From assembly GCA_964252035.1 (NCBI GenBank), contig OZ176201.1: a DNA stretch of 64,000 bases. One strand, written 5' to 3'. The notes below the pieces were generated by a model. The model had not been told where the DNA came from, ran no database searches, and was given only the letters and a program-made list of their open reading frames with translations. This DNA comes from Podarcis erhardii (taxonomy: Eukaryota). The stretch's first letter is position 1. Each line of letters starts with the position of its first letter. The position numbers were made by a program, and so were the translations under genes. Shown here in pieces: positions 50,572 through 62,609 of this stretch.

Positions 50572-51681
50572 AATGTGGTTGATAAAACCTGGCCATGTTT
50601 GACTCTCATCAACAAAGTCTGTTCCTTTTTGGGTTCATGTTTCCAAGTTTGTATCACTGAGTTCTTAGGCAATTTGTGGGGGAAGGGAACAGAGGAAGCA
50701 ACATTCTGTAGGAGTCTGGGCTTTACTTTTGCAGTGGACAAGCCAATTCCCCTTCTTTAGTTTCTGATAAAATCTACAGTAAAGTAAAGGAGACAAAGAC
50801 AAAGAGAATCAGTGGATAAGGAATTTAGGGCATTACTTCTACCAGGGGTGGCATGATAATGTAGAATAGCAAGATAATGCGGTCCACGCCAAAAGCCTTT
50901 TTCTTCTTCTAAAGAATAATTTTAGTGCTTCTGTGATAATAAAAGAAAATGGATGAGGGTGAACTTCTGGGGTTTAATTAGACCTGTGAGCTCTGTAAGA
51001 GACAAATACAGGAATAAGGCTGAAAGGACTCCCTGTTTTCCACAGAAAAGAAAAAGCAAAGCAGACAGTAGGTTAGCATTTGAGGCCTAGCATTTAATGG
51101 AGAAGGACCATAGCTCAGTAGAAGAGCATGTGCTTCACATGCACAAGGTCCCAGGGACCATCCCTGAAATCTTCATGTAGGGTTAGAAATGTCCCATTAG
51201 AAAGTTTGGAAAGCTGCTGGTGGTGAAGCTTGAGCTAGATAAGCCAATTATCTGATGAGGTAGCTTCCTATAGTTCTATGAAGGTTTGGCTGTTTTTTCC
51301 ATTTATCCCTGTTTCAGGCACCACTGACATTCAAGAGCCCTGTATGAATGACACATTATGTGAAAAGAATGATGAGGGAGTTATTAGAATACTTACCGAC
51401 TCCACCTCTGACCGCCATGTGTCCTAACCTATACAAGGACTATGCACCTACATACTAGGGTAGCATCAGCAAAAAGGAGGACAAAAGATGGCGCCGTTTA
51501 ACATAAATTTGCATGTGCTAATTTACAACATAGAGCTGCAAATTTAGAAATATCTAGCAATTTAAATAGAAATACCGTGTCCCTAACAGTAGGGACTGCC
51601 TGCTCAGTCTGCTACCAGGTTTTGAATGCCAGTGGGCAATTTCAGGGTCTCTGCTCTCCCTTCCTACAGTTCTATATTTTT

Positions 51682-53174
51682 AGTTATATCATAACAAAAT
51701 CTCATAACTTCTTTGGACTTCCTCACGTCTCCTGCTCCCACTTACATCGTTGAAATTTTTTTTCAAGCAAATTATCATTTTGTTTATAATCTTATTTCCA
51801 CTCATTTAAATATAATCTAACAATTCTCCAAAAGGTTTATGTTTTCCTTAATCTCACTTATCATCAAATTCCAGTCTAATTTAGTGGTGGCCAATTATTT
51901 TATGATCAAGCATCCTTCTTAACATTCAACCAAATTACAATATTTTTGTAAATAAATCTTAAATTTCTTCCAATCTTCTTCAATCCTTTCTTCTCCCAGG
52001 TCTCGGATTCTGCCAGTCATCTCCGCCAATTGCATATAGTCCATCAGCTGCATCTGCCACTCTTCCAGTGTGGGTAGATCTTGAGTTTTCCAATTCTTAG
52101 CGATGAGTATCCTTGCTGCCGTTGTTGCATACATAAAAAATGTTTGGTCCTTCTTTAACACCTTCTGGCCGACAATACCCAGGAGGAAGGCTTCTGGTTT
52201 CTTAGTGAAGGTATACTTAAATACCTTTTTCAACTCATTATATATCATTTCCCAGAAGGCCTTCACTTTAGGGCAAGTCCACCAGAGGTGAAAGAATGTT
52301 CCTTCATTTTCTTTACATTTCCAACATTTATTATCAGACAAATGGTATATTTTGGCAAGTTTAACTGGGGTCATGTACCATCTGTATATCATTTTCATTA
52401 CATTTTCCTTCAAAGCATTACATGCAGTGAAGTTCAGCCCATTGGTCCACAACCTTTCCCAGTCCTCAAGCATAATATTATGCCCAATGTCCTGTGCCCA
52501 CTTTATCATAGCCGATTTAACCATTTCGTCTTGTGTGTTCCATTTTAACAGCAAGTTATACATTCTTGATAATACCTTAGTCTTTGGTTCTAACAATTCT
52601 GTTTCCAACTTCGATTTCTCCACCTGGAACCCTAACTTTTTGTCATTTTTAAAGACTTCTTTAATCTGAGCGTAATGTAACCAGTCTCGCACTTTATCCT
52701 TCATTTTCTCCAAACTCTGCAATTTCCAATTGTCTCCATCTTTTTCTAATATTTCCCAATATTTTGGCCATTTGGCCTCCATATTGGGTCTTTTTCGGGC
52801 CTTAGCTTCCAGAGGGGAAAGCCACCTCGGAGTTTTGCTTTCCAATAAGTCTTTGTATTTTGTCCAGACGTTAAATACTGCTTTCCTGACAGTATGGTTT
52901 TTAAAGGCCTTATTGATCTTAACTTTGTCATACCATAGGTATGCATGCCAACCAAAAGCATTGTTAAAACCTTCCAGATCCAATACATCAGTGTCTTCGA
53001 GAAGTAGCCAGTCTTTTAGCCAGCAGAAAGCTGCGGCTTCATAGTATAGTTTTAGGTCTGGCAGGGCAAAGCCCCCTCTTTCTTTCGCATCAGTTAATAT
53101 CTTAAACTTAATTCTGGGCTTTTTGCCCTGCCAGACAAATTTAGAAATATCTCTCTGCCACTTCCGGAAGCACC
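51682..53174 (-). mobile_element. Young 5'-truncated L1 LINE
   Basis: Perfect 16-bp TSD ACAGTTCTATATTTTT (51666-51681 and 53175-53190); the reconstructed empty site has a TTTTT/AA L1 endonuclease site; ORF2 is uninterrupted. Confidence 0.95.
51919..53172 (-). CDS. L1 ORF2 C-terminal part (417 codons, no native start; post-RT region and CCHC knuckle)
   Basis: The frame is open from the 5' junction (CFRKWQRDISKFVWQGKKPRIK...GGFALPDLKLYYEA) through the listed 354-aa ORF, including CWKC...HLWWTC. Transposon-derived and probably not expressed. Confidence 0.85.
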   Translation of the reverse strand, partial: CFRKWQRDISKFVWQGKKPRIKFKILTDAKERGGFALPDLKLYYEAAAFCWLKDWLLLEDTDVLDLEGFNNAFGWHAYLWYDKVKINKAFKNHTVRKAVFNVWTKYKDLLESKTPRWLSPLEAKARKRPNMEAKWPKYWEILEKDGDNWKLQSLEKMKDKVRDWLHYAQIKEVFKNDKKLGFQVEKSKLETELLEPKTKVLSRMYNLLLKWNTQDEMVKSAMIKWAQDIGHNIMLEDWERLWTNGLNFTACNALKENVMKMIYRWYMTPVKLAKIYHLSDNKCWKCKENEGTFFHLWWTCPKVKAFWEMIYNELKKVFKYTFTKKPEAFLLGIVGQKVLKKDQTFFMYATTAARILIAKNWKTQDLPTLEEWQMQLMDYMQLAEMTGRIRDLGEERIEEDWKKFKIYLQKYCNLVEC

Positions 53175-54769
53175 ACAGTTCTATATTTTTAAACCCACCT
53201 TCAACCTGGCAGCCCTACAAATAGACAATGACTTCAGTGAGTTGGGAGTGGATGGGAGAGATCTGAGTGAAAGCAAGCACTTTAGTGAATGGTGGGAGGC
53301 GTTTCAAAGCAAGGCTCAGAGACCTTGTTCATGGATAGATTCAAGCTTCAATAGGACAACGACCACGTGTTTCATGAAATGAAATCATCTTCTTAGCACA
53401 CAGACTTCCCTCCTTCCCTCCCTCCTTCCCACACTCCCTGTTTTCCCCAAATATGCTCCGGGGGTTGTGGATAAACCCAGAAATGACTGAGGTGGGGGTG
53501 GTGAATGGGAAGAGGGGACCATGCTCCATTGCACAGGTGGCAGTCCTTGCACTAATGCAACATGTTTGCTGAATATAACCTATTATATTTTAAGAATATT
53601 ATATTTTATGTTTTACAATACCCACTATTATAAATGCTCGTGAGGAATATTGCATGATGGTCAGATGTTCTCTTGGTACTGAAGCGTCCTGCCACTCATA
53701 GCTAATAAAAACATTTTTTTTTAACCCCAGGGTAAATCACACTCATTTGAATGGGACTAACTCCCAAGTAAATGTGCATTAGGCTGGCATACTCTGTCCA
53801 GGACTGTCTTCTGCATAGCACTCATGAACTGCCAGGGCGAGCTTCACACCATGCCTCATCACTTAAATAAACGGCCTTGAGGCCATATTTCTATAGAATT
53901 CTCCACGTGTTGCTGCTGCTAAGAGAATCTCCTTGTTTTCATTTACAGACATTCTTAAAAGCAGCTGCTGCCTGAGGGAGAAAGCAGGGAGGTGGGGGGG
54001 GGGAACCCTTTGAACAACATTCTGTTTAGATAAAACTCTGTCTCATCAGCAAATGGTTGTTTCTGTGTTTTCCCTCCCTTGTTTATGTTTGTTATTGCAG
54101 ACTCGCTTCTTGGATTTAATTGGAACTTTGTTTCTGAAGAGTTATTAAGAAATCTGCTACTGAGAATGCATTCTAAATTCCACCTTCTGTGTTATCTAAA
54201 TTGCCATGGTAGATTCACTCCAGTAAATTAGGCTTTAATAATGTTGTTTCAACTTGGAAAGATGCACAGAGAGGTCTTTGTAGGGTATGGCTTTGAGGTG
54301 TGGAAAACTGACGGTTTTGTTTTTTGCATGCAGGATAAATCTGTTTATTACTTCTGATGTGTATATTCTGTTATGGAAGCTTAGGGAGGCTTTACATGGA
54401 ACCTCCCAGGCAGTCTTCCATTCAGACATTGATCAGCTTAGCTTTAATTGTATTTTAAGCCCTCAGACCATTGTTGGGCTGTCTTAATGAATGCTTCGCC
54501 ATCTGTTGCATATTCATAAACCTGCTTCAATACATGGTTCTCTTTTGTGAGATTGGGGTGCATAGATTGTAACGAGTATTAATAAGTTCAGAGGCAGTAA
54601 TACTCTATATGAGACCCCCAAACAGTCTCATAGCTTATACCCAAGGGAAGTTCGAAAGCACTCATGCTTTAGAAAATCCTGCCCACACTAGGTTTGTTTT
54701 TATGTTCTTTAGGCTGAAATCCTAGTCTAGGCACATTTACTTTGAAGTAAATGCCATTGGAGCCTATTT

Positions 54770-54897
54770 AAATGTTACCAGACGTCCCCGTTTCCCAAGG
54801 ACAGTCCCCAGATTTACAAATCAGTCCCCATACAAAATCCATTGAAGTTGAAAAGTGTCCCGGGATTCATTGGGGGGGGGGGAATCTGGTAACCTTA
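54770..54897. mobile_element. hAT MITE
   Basis: TIR core GTTACCAGA/TCTGGTAAC; TSD GCCTATTT/GCCTACTT. Confidence 0.75.
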
Positions 54898-55586
54898 GCC
54901 TACTTCTGACTAAACATAGAATTGCACAGTTGGAAGGGACTCTGAGAATCAACTAGTCCAACCCTCTGCAATGGGGATCAAACCTGCAACCTTGGCATTA
55001 TGAGTGCCACATTTTAACCAACTGAGCCATCCAGGCTGACTGTATACCTAGGGTTACATTGTAACTGATATCTGGAATCACTTTTGAGATGGATGAGGAT
55101 GAGCAAGTTTATGCCAGATAAGGTGGAGGAACTGCTTGTAGACACTAATTTTGAAGCTGACTGGCAACTAGAACTCCTCTAAAGGAGCAAATTCAGAGCT
55201 TGGGGAAGGATCTCCTGGACTTGCCATTATCTATGGGAATGCAGTTGATGGTGATGGCAGCTTGAAGTTCCTTTTACCAGCTTAATTTGGTATTCCAGTT
55301 GCAATCTTGTCTAGAGAAAGTGGTCCCAGCCTCAGTTATCCATGCATGAGTTACAGGCAGACTAGGCTACTATAATGTGCTCTATCTAGGGCTGCCTTTG
55401 AAGATATTTTGAAAAATTAAAGAAGTATATAGACTCAACCCCCTCCACTTGCTGTTCGCAAAGGGAGGAATGATACCAATGGTGCCAAAGGGAGTTTTCT
55501 CCCCAGTGTTAATCACAGATCCTGGCTCTTATGATCAGAAATGATTTAGGAACAAACAGTTGAAGGCCTCCTTCCTTTATCCACAG

Positions 55587-55763
55587 TCCCAATCTGGCTC
55601 ACCTCCACCTGCATCAACAAAAGTTAAAAATAAGGTCTAGTTCAGCCCTGAGACTGAATATGAACCTGGGGTCCCCCCTCCAGAACCACACCTCAGATCA
55701 CCACATTCACAGTGACTGATCCAGATGTGCTCACAAATCGTGTCCTCCCTAAAAGAGAGCACA
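55587..55763 (+). pseudogene. Possible disabled coding exon (stop, frameshift, LTR insertion)
   Basis: Strong CCTTCCTTTATCCACAG| acceptor; reads SQSGSPPPASTKVKNKV*FSPETEYEPGVPPPEP, then a shifted frame PQITTFTVTDPDVLTNRVLPKREH up to the LTR. Judged only on peptide appearance. Confidence 0.2.
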
Positions 55764-56512
55764 TGTTGTGGTGACCTTCTGGTTGTGGGTGGGTATATTG
55801 GACAGCCACAACACCCGATTGGTAGGTCCCTCGTTGCTGGGTTTAATCTGGCCAATGGGGTGCAGTCTAAATGGATCAAGGAACCTATATATACCTATGC
55901 ACGTGACACAGAGCTTCCTCTTTCAGCTTGTGCATTGGAACACCCACCCATCGCTCCCTACTTTTAGGGCATTTTGCGATTGACCTTGCTATGCTGTCGT
56001 GTGTCGTCTGTCCTTAGGACAGGGGCACAGCAGGAATTTTCCCCACTTGGCAGATTGGCTGTTGCCATTTGGGTTTTGCCTGCCACGTAGCAAATCTTCA
56101 CAACTTGTAAGGTTGCGGAAAGGTACTGGTTCATGTGATAGGGATGGGAGAGCGGTCTTGACATCCCTATGTGAAGGGTATTCCGTTAAAGGAACCCAGG
56201 GACTCAATTTGGTTTGGTCAACCCCCGAGAGGGGGTTGTGCTCGTGCCTGAGTCCAGGGGAGCATCTGGGGAGTGAACAGAATCTGTTCCTGGGCTTTTC
56301 ACTTACCTCAGGTGTTCACCCTTGGCTGACCTATGCTGATGCCCTGGGTCAGCGCTACCTGCAAGGGTGCAGGGAGCTAGTCAAACCAGAGCCACGCAAC
56401 CACTCACTTTTCTGTAATCAATAAAGTTGTGGCCTAAATTCTGCCAAAAACCAAAACTAAAATTTGAGTCAAATGTGTGTTTATTTGGGGTGGAGGTCTC
56501 CGGGTCTGAACA
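55764..56512 (+). mobile_element. Solo-LTR-like element
   Basis: TGTT...AACA termini; CCAAT boxes at 55817-55822 (reverse) and 55852-55856; TATATATA at 55886-55893; AATAAA at 56420-56425, about 90 nt before the end. No standard TSD; ACATG spans both junctions. Confidence 0.7.
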
Positions 56513-57267
56513 TGCAAACCTGCCTGTCATTATTCCTATGAGAAGTGCGGAATGGTAATCAGTTGACAACTTGAATGCCATTCTCAGTTATCACAGATCT
56601 GCCCCCTATCAATTCAGGCAATTACAACAATGAGAGCCATGCTGGGAAATGCAAATATGTCGCACATGTTGGCTATCGCTTTAATTAAACACTGCACACT
56701 TCTCCCTGTTTAACCTTGCAAGGCATTCAAGGAAGCAACCCTCTGATTATCACGGCAGTCCTTTTGCTTTACTCTAAACTTGTTTAACCTTGGATTTATG
56801 CTTTGATCATGTAAACAATTCCTAGGGATAAAGCAAGTTAACGGGTTGTTATCTCAGGATAAATGATCGTGCAAACATGCCCTGGGACTTTTGCCATGGA
56901 TTGCAGTGGAGAAAGGGTTTCACCCAGCATATTAATTGGATGTAGGTTTTTCCCCCTCCCAAAGTTGCCTTTTTCTTCAATGCTTTATGAAGGGGAAGGG
57001 GAAGAATAAATCAACTGCCTCCAGTTGTCACCTAGCAATGGTAAAGGCCAGCAGAAGAGTTTATATATAGCTTAAACTGGTGTGTTTCCTGTGAATAAAC
57101 TATCAAATACTTAAAATAAATGGCTTGTCCTTGTATCATTACTCACTTCTGGAATGATTTATAAACCAATTATGTAGGGAGTTTTCTCTCCTTTCATCAG
57201 CTTTATAGATTATGGGTCAATTATGTATTTCGTCTTCCTCATACAGGATCTAGCCCAGCCACACTAC

Positions 57268-57372
57268 TGGGATAGCTCAGCATGAGACTGTTAATCTCAG
57301 GGTCGTGGGTTTGCACCCCACATTGGGCAAAAGATTCCTGCACTGCAGGGGTTAGACTAGAAGGTCCTATGA
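57268..57372 (+). mobile_element. tRNA(Lys)-like SINE remnant
   Basis: GGATAGCTCAG..CATGAGACTGTTAATCTCAGGGTCGTGGGTT, with a deletion in the D arm and a CR1-like tail; not a functional tRNA. Confidence 0.65.
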
Positions 57373-58019
57373 AAATGACTGAGACCACAGATGGTGACTA
57401 ACAGCAGTTCGCTCACATGTGCAAAAATTGATGTCTCAGGGACAACTTTTAGGATTATTCCACTATGTCACACATGGGGATACATCTGTCCATGCAGTGG
57501 ACATTCTGTGTTCCCACCATCTTTCAAAGGTGCATTTCAAAAACAGAATTTTCCTCCCCCAGGAATACCTCTTTTTGGTGTGTGTTTTAGATGTCATTCA
57601 GACAATGCCTGCACCGTGCATTTGTCTGCTTTGGTAGCTGAAGGCTGGTTAGTGACTTGTATATGGTTGAATGAGGAGCCACCTAGAACTTCTCTGTTAG
57701 AATGAAAGTGTTTACAGTGGGTTATCTGAGGGCAACCCCACTGTGAATATGTTTTAAGACCCATCATCTTAGGAAGTTAACATTTGTCCCAGCTCCGTGT
57801 TTTCTACATTGATTGGAAGCAGCTCTCCAGGGTCTCATGCATTCTCCTCCCTGGAGAGGTCAGGGATAGAACCTGGGACCTTCTCCATGCAAGACAGATG
57901 CTCTCCCACTGAGCTATGGCCCTTTATCTTGGGTCTTGAAAAACAAATGGAAGATTTATATGCAGCTAGCATTCCAGATTTCTTAGGAACCCACCAGCAG
58001 CTCCATTTCCAGTGAGCAC

Positions 58020-58500
58020 TGATCCACTAGTATGATCTTCACTAGTATGTATATTTTATTGATAATTATTCGCTGATGAAGACTTTATTTTGAAATAGTT
58101 GAACTATTCTGGATGTACTGTCCTTTTGAGACTTCAGAGAAACGTCTTCCTTTGAGACTTGTGTGAGACATCTTCCTTGGAGAGACGGTTTGGTGTTCCG
58201 CACTATTCACTGGTTGTTTGAACCTTTGTTTGACTATGATACATATAACAACTTGCAGTCACTTGTATATTTTGTGAGATGTGTTGTATGATATATATAT
58301 TATTTTGAAGTGGCTTATTTGTACATTTTGAATGACATCATACTGATTATATATTTACTAACAGTTATTAGCCAGCGTGTTGTGTTTGCATTTTTGTAGA
58401 TGGTTGCATTTTGCAACACAGGGGTTTGTGTTTGTTCAGATTATTGGAATGGTAATTATGGCAGTTTGGAATAAATAAAGTGATGAATGGCTTCATCTGG
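58020..58500 (+). mobile_element. Penelope-like pseudo-LTR remnant with a degenerate hammerhead core
   Basis: CTGATGA (58073-58079) + short stem + GAAA + palindromic TAGTTGAACTA; AT-rich body ending AATAAATAAA. Family assignment is inference. Confidence 0.4.
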
Positions 58501-58856
58501 TGCTCCAAGATTCCTTCTACATGAGCCTAAGCTTGTTTTCCTTCAAATCTGAATGATAAAGCAATCTTCTTTAAGGCTATTGTTTCTGGAGAAACAAACA
58601 AGGATGAATATTTAATGATGACGCCTCCATCAGCGGTTGATAGATACAGGCTCTCTAGCTTACCATGACAGAGACAAAGTAAGAATGTGAGGTCAGAGGG
58701 ACCCTCTTGAGCCCAGAGACTCTTGAGCCCAGTAACTTGGTTCCAACAGTGGTTTCCAACCTTTGCAAAGCACACAAGCAACACTTTCTCCCACACTTCC
58801 CCCCCTTCTGCACCTGAAATCTAACAACTCTATTGGCACCTGCTGTCTCATCAGAG

Positions 58857-58857
<1 letters not shown>

Positions 58858-58890
<33 letters not shown>
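58858..58890. repeat. (TG)n microsatellite
   Basis: Visible directly. Confidence 0.95.
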
Positions 58891-58893
<3 letters not shown>

Positions 58894-59559
58894 ATTTACT
58901 CCTGGGCCAGGAGTCAGCTTCGCCTGCTGAACAGCAGCCTGGAGAGGGAGTAGGGGGAGTGCCTCCATCTGCAGCTGACCAGCCTTCAAAGACACAGGGG
59001 AGAAGGCACTGATGAGAACCAGCTGGCTTTAGCCTTCTTAAGCAGAGCTTCCAGCAGTAGTCAGATGCTGGTAACAATGCTTGTGGTTCCTGGCTCTATC
59101 TTGCTGCTTCCTGCTCTTCTTGACCCCACAATCATTGTCTTCCCTGACCCCTGGACTTTCTGACAACATGGATTGCTGTTCTCCCATCCCTAGGATTGGA
59201 CCTGATTTTGGATGCTGACTCTGCCTCCAGGCAAGTACACCTCAGAGACACTTCTGGTTGGCTGGCCTCCCACTCCACCGAGCTCTGCACATTGTTGCTC
59301 AGCAATGAGACTACTACAATATGCTGCCTTTGGTGGCATGGATTACCCCAGGTGGCTCACAATATCATGAAAAGACGGTGGATACAATGATCTAGGATTG
59401 ATTGAAATTAGCAACAAAGCAAAGCAACAATAATCATTTTACAAAGTCAGTTAAAATGGTTACAGTAGAGATGGGGAACCTGTTTGGCCACAACTTCCAC
59501 CAGCCCTGGCCAGTGGGACCAAAGTGGGAATTGTGATCCAGCAATGACTATGGATTAGG

Positions 59560-59940
59560 TTAAAAAAGGGGAAAGGACCCCTGGATGGTTAAGTCCAGTC
59601 AAAGGCAACACTGGAGTGCGGCGCTCATCTTGCTTCAGGCCAAGGGAGCTGCCGTTTGTCCACAGACAGCTTTTCTGGTCATGTGGCCAGCATGACTAAA
59701 CCGCTTATGGTGCAACAGAACACTGTGACAGAAACCAGAGTGCACAGAAATGCCATTTACCTTTCTGCCACAGCCTTACCTATTTATCTACTTGAACTGG
59801 TGAGCTTTCAAAGTGCTAGGTTGAAAGAAGCTGGGGCAGAGCAACGGGAGCTCACCCCATTGTGGGGATTAGAAGTACTGATTTTCTGATCGGCAAGCCC
59901 AAGAGGCTCAGTGGTTTAGACCACAGCGCCACCCGCGTCC
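59560..59940 (-). mobile_element. Sauria SINE (Squam1), full length
   Basis: The reverse complement starts GGACGCGGGTGGCGCTGTGGTCTAAACC and aligns with 35740-36090. Confidence 0.9.
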
Positions 59941-61596
59941 TTACCTTACCTTTACCTTTTACCATGGATCATCCAGCCCTGAAGAAGAGTCTAACAAAAC
60001 AGCTAAACATATGTTGTAACATAGCACTGCAACAGAACCTTTTAGGAAAAGGAAATTCAAAACAAAAGATAGATACTTTATGCAGTATACACTAAGACAT
60101 CCAGTTGTATACAAACAGGATCCTGATCTCAGAAACCATCACACAAAATTTGGTTACGATCTCTTAAGACGTATTTGTATGCATTGCCAACACAGCCAAA
60201 AGAAGGCTTGGAAGACAGTGCAGTGGTGGGGAAAGAGTTATATTTATTCAATATAACATTTTAGAGGATCTGCAAACCAAAACCACAAATAGCTCAATAA
60301 AAATATGGTCTGGGCAGGAAGGTTCCCTAAGCTGGGGTGGGGGAGCCAGGACCCTTTCCACTCCTAGTCATGTTTACAGGTGATACCTGTGGCCTCAGAA
60401 CAAACCTTGGGTATGTGAACTTGACACGTACATGGTTGTGTACCTGTGGGAACAGCTGGCATGCTTTACTTTGCTCCTTACTTTGGAGATTAGTAGTGAT
60501 AAGATGAATGGTGCCTTCTGGGTGTGCAGGGAAGGGGGAAGATGCTGGCATCTCAAAAGACCGGCCTTTTTCATTCCTACTCATTCCAGTTTTGAGACGT
60601 TGCTCTTTTAGCTGAAAGAAATATTCACATTGCTTGAGCATTTTAGACTTTAAAGAACATGCCTTGCTTATTGTTTTCAATCATGCAGCAGCCCCTCCTC
60701 TCCTCTTTCCTTAGCCTGGGAATCATCACTGAGAAACTGGTGCAGAGCTTCAAGGCATAAATAAATCTCCTGGAATGCTCAGGCTGAAATGTCTGAGTTT
60801 TCCCCATTCCTCCTACTTATAATTCATGAGGGAGCATAATGCAATTTAATACTTTTTTCTTTTCTTTATTAAGTAACATTATTTCCCCTTTCCTACACTG
60901 AGAGTGAGGTTGATCTAAGACACATGAACAACTCTGCTAATGCAATTTCTTGGATGAAACAGGCCTTCTGCCTATCCCACTGGAGCAAAGACAAAATCAA
61001 ATTCCTCCATCTCCATTGGTTACAAGATACTAATTCATTTCTGCTGGTTAGACACCATTTCTCTTGTCTCATCCCCAGAGGCCTTGTGCAAAGATGCTGG
61101 ACCCTGGACTCTGAATGACTCCTAAGCTTCCTAAATACTGTCATGTTTCTAGGTCAAGAACGGGCACCAAGAATAAGGAACAGTTTGATAGAAACTGCTA
61201 GATTCAGAGAAGCCTTTAAGACTCCCTATTAGAACGGAAACCAAAAGCCTAAGGAGCTGCCCATGTCATGTGACTCCAGGGCAAGTCCTCAAATTGCCAA
61301 GTCCTTGACACTCGGGCTATTGGCAAATTACAAGCTCTACACTGTCCTCTGGTGTGCTAATGTTATAAGGGCTCCTGCAGACAGCCTGCGTATTCAGCAT
61401 TCATCTTGATTCTCTTGTACAAAGCTTACACAGTAGTTAGACTATGTTCAGTTTTTATTGGGCATTATTCTGGTTCATTTATGGGGCAGTTATATGACTG
61501 TGAGTATTTCTCCTGCATTCAGCCTGATTTGCTTCTGGAGTATTACATGTCTTCCACACTTTTCAATTCATTTCTCCATCACTTTCCAAACTACAG

Positions 61597-61663
61597 AAAG
61601 TCAAAGAAACATCAGAACAATAGAGCAGAATGGATTGGGGGTGGTGGAATGCCCCCTACCACA
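61597..61663 (+). other. Candidate exon with strong splice sites
   Basis: Long pyrimidine tract ending CTACAG| and ACA|GTAAGT donor; 67 nt; two frames are open. Confidence 0.25.
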
Positions 61664-62429
61664 GTAAGTTTACCAAGCATAGAGGGCAGGATTCACTGAA
61701 CGGACCCAATCAGCAGAAGCCCTGCACAAAGATTTCTGCTTGAACAACAGGGCTCCCCACCTCTTCCCCATGTGCTCCCCAGTATCCTCCTGAAACTGGC
61801 TCTTGGTGGGTCAGGAGAACCCTCAGAACACCATGGAGGGGTTAGGTTAAGGTAGGTGGGATCATTCCATATGGCAACATTTGTGCAGGTCTAACAATTG
61901 TAATAGTATGGTGTTGAATTCCACCCAGGATGCTAAATAAAATTCTGATATTGTATGCAACTGTACATTAGCTGCTGTTATGTCAGCAGTGGGAATGATG
62001 GCATGCATTGTAGACTCGTGTCCTGCCATAAAACTTATCTCGCAAGGGTTTCAGCCAAACAGCCAGAACGGATAAAGAAAAGGCAGCTCGCAGCAACCAT
62101 GGCAATGCAGTATTCAGTTCCACTGCGGCATCAGCAATTGGATGGGAATGAGAATCATGTCAAAGAAATATTGCATTTTACTGCATTGGCAGCCTTTGGC
62201 TATTCAATAAAATCCCTCTCATATAAAATTCAATATTTCAGAAAGGGATGCTATGAGATGTATCTCATCCTAACTCTACGGGCAATAAAAAGGAAAAGGG
62301 ACCCTTTCAAAGGGCAGTTGAGGGGTCTCTTTGAGCATTTTCATTCTCCAGCTACAGCCCACTTTTAATGGGCTCCTGTGCAATTGAAGAGTCATAGGGC
62401 TTCAGTGTTGAGGAGTGCCTATTTCCAGC

Positions 62430-62600
62430 TTTAGGTGGTTCAGCAGCAACAGCCCCCTTTGGACAAAGATGACTTGGCCTTGCTGCTGCACGCTCTGGGA
62501 ACTTTGAGCCTGGAATATAGAAATGTGCTCTACGTGGGGCTGCTCTTGAAGTCGACTCAGAAACTTCAACTGCTGCAAAATGCAGCAGCCAGATTACAGG
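62430..62600 (+). mobile_element. Degenerate L2 fragment
   Basis: LSLEYRNVLYVGLLLKSTQKLQLLQNAAARL resembles L2 SRLDYCNALYVGLPLK..KLQLVQNAAARL. Confidence 0.8.
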
Positions 62601-62609
62601 TTGAGGTTC

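Noticed and set aside
57268-57340. Possible tRNA-Lys gene
   Set aside because: The D arm is deleted, the T arm is mutated and it continues into a CR1-like tail, so it is a SINE.
59975-60010. CTGAAGAAGAGTCTAACAAAAC hammerhead-like string
   Set aside because: There is no GAAA box and no convincing helices; too degenerate to claim.
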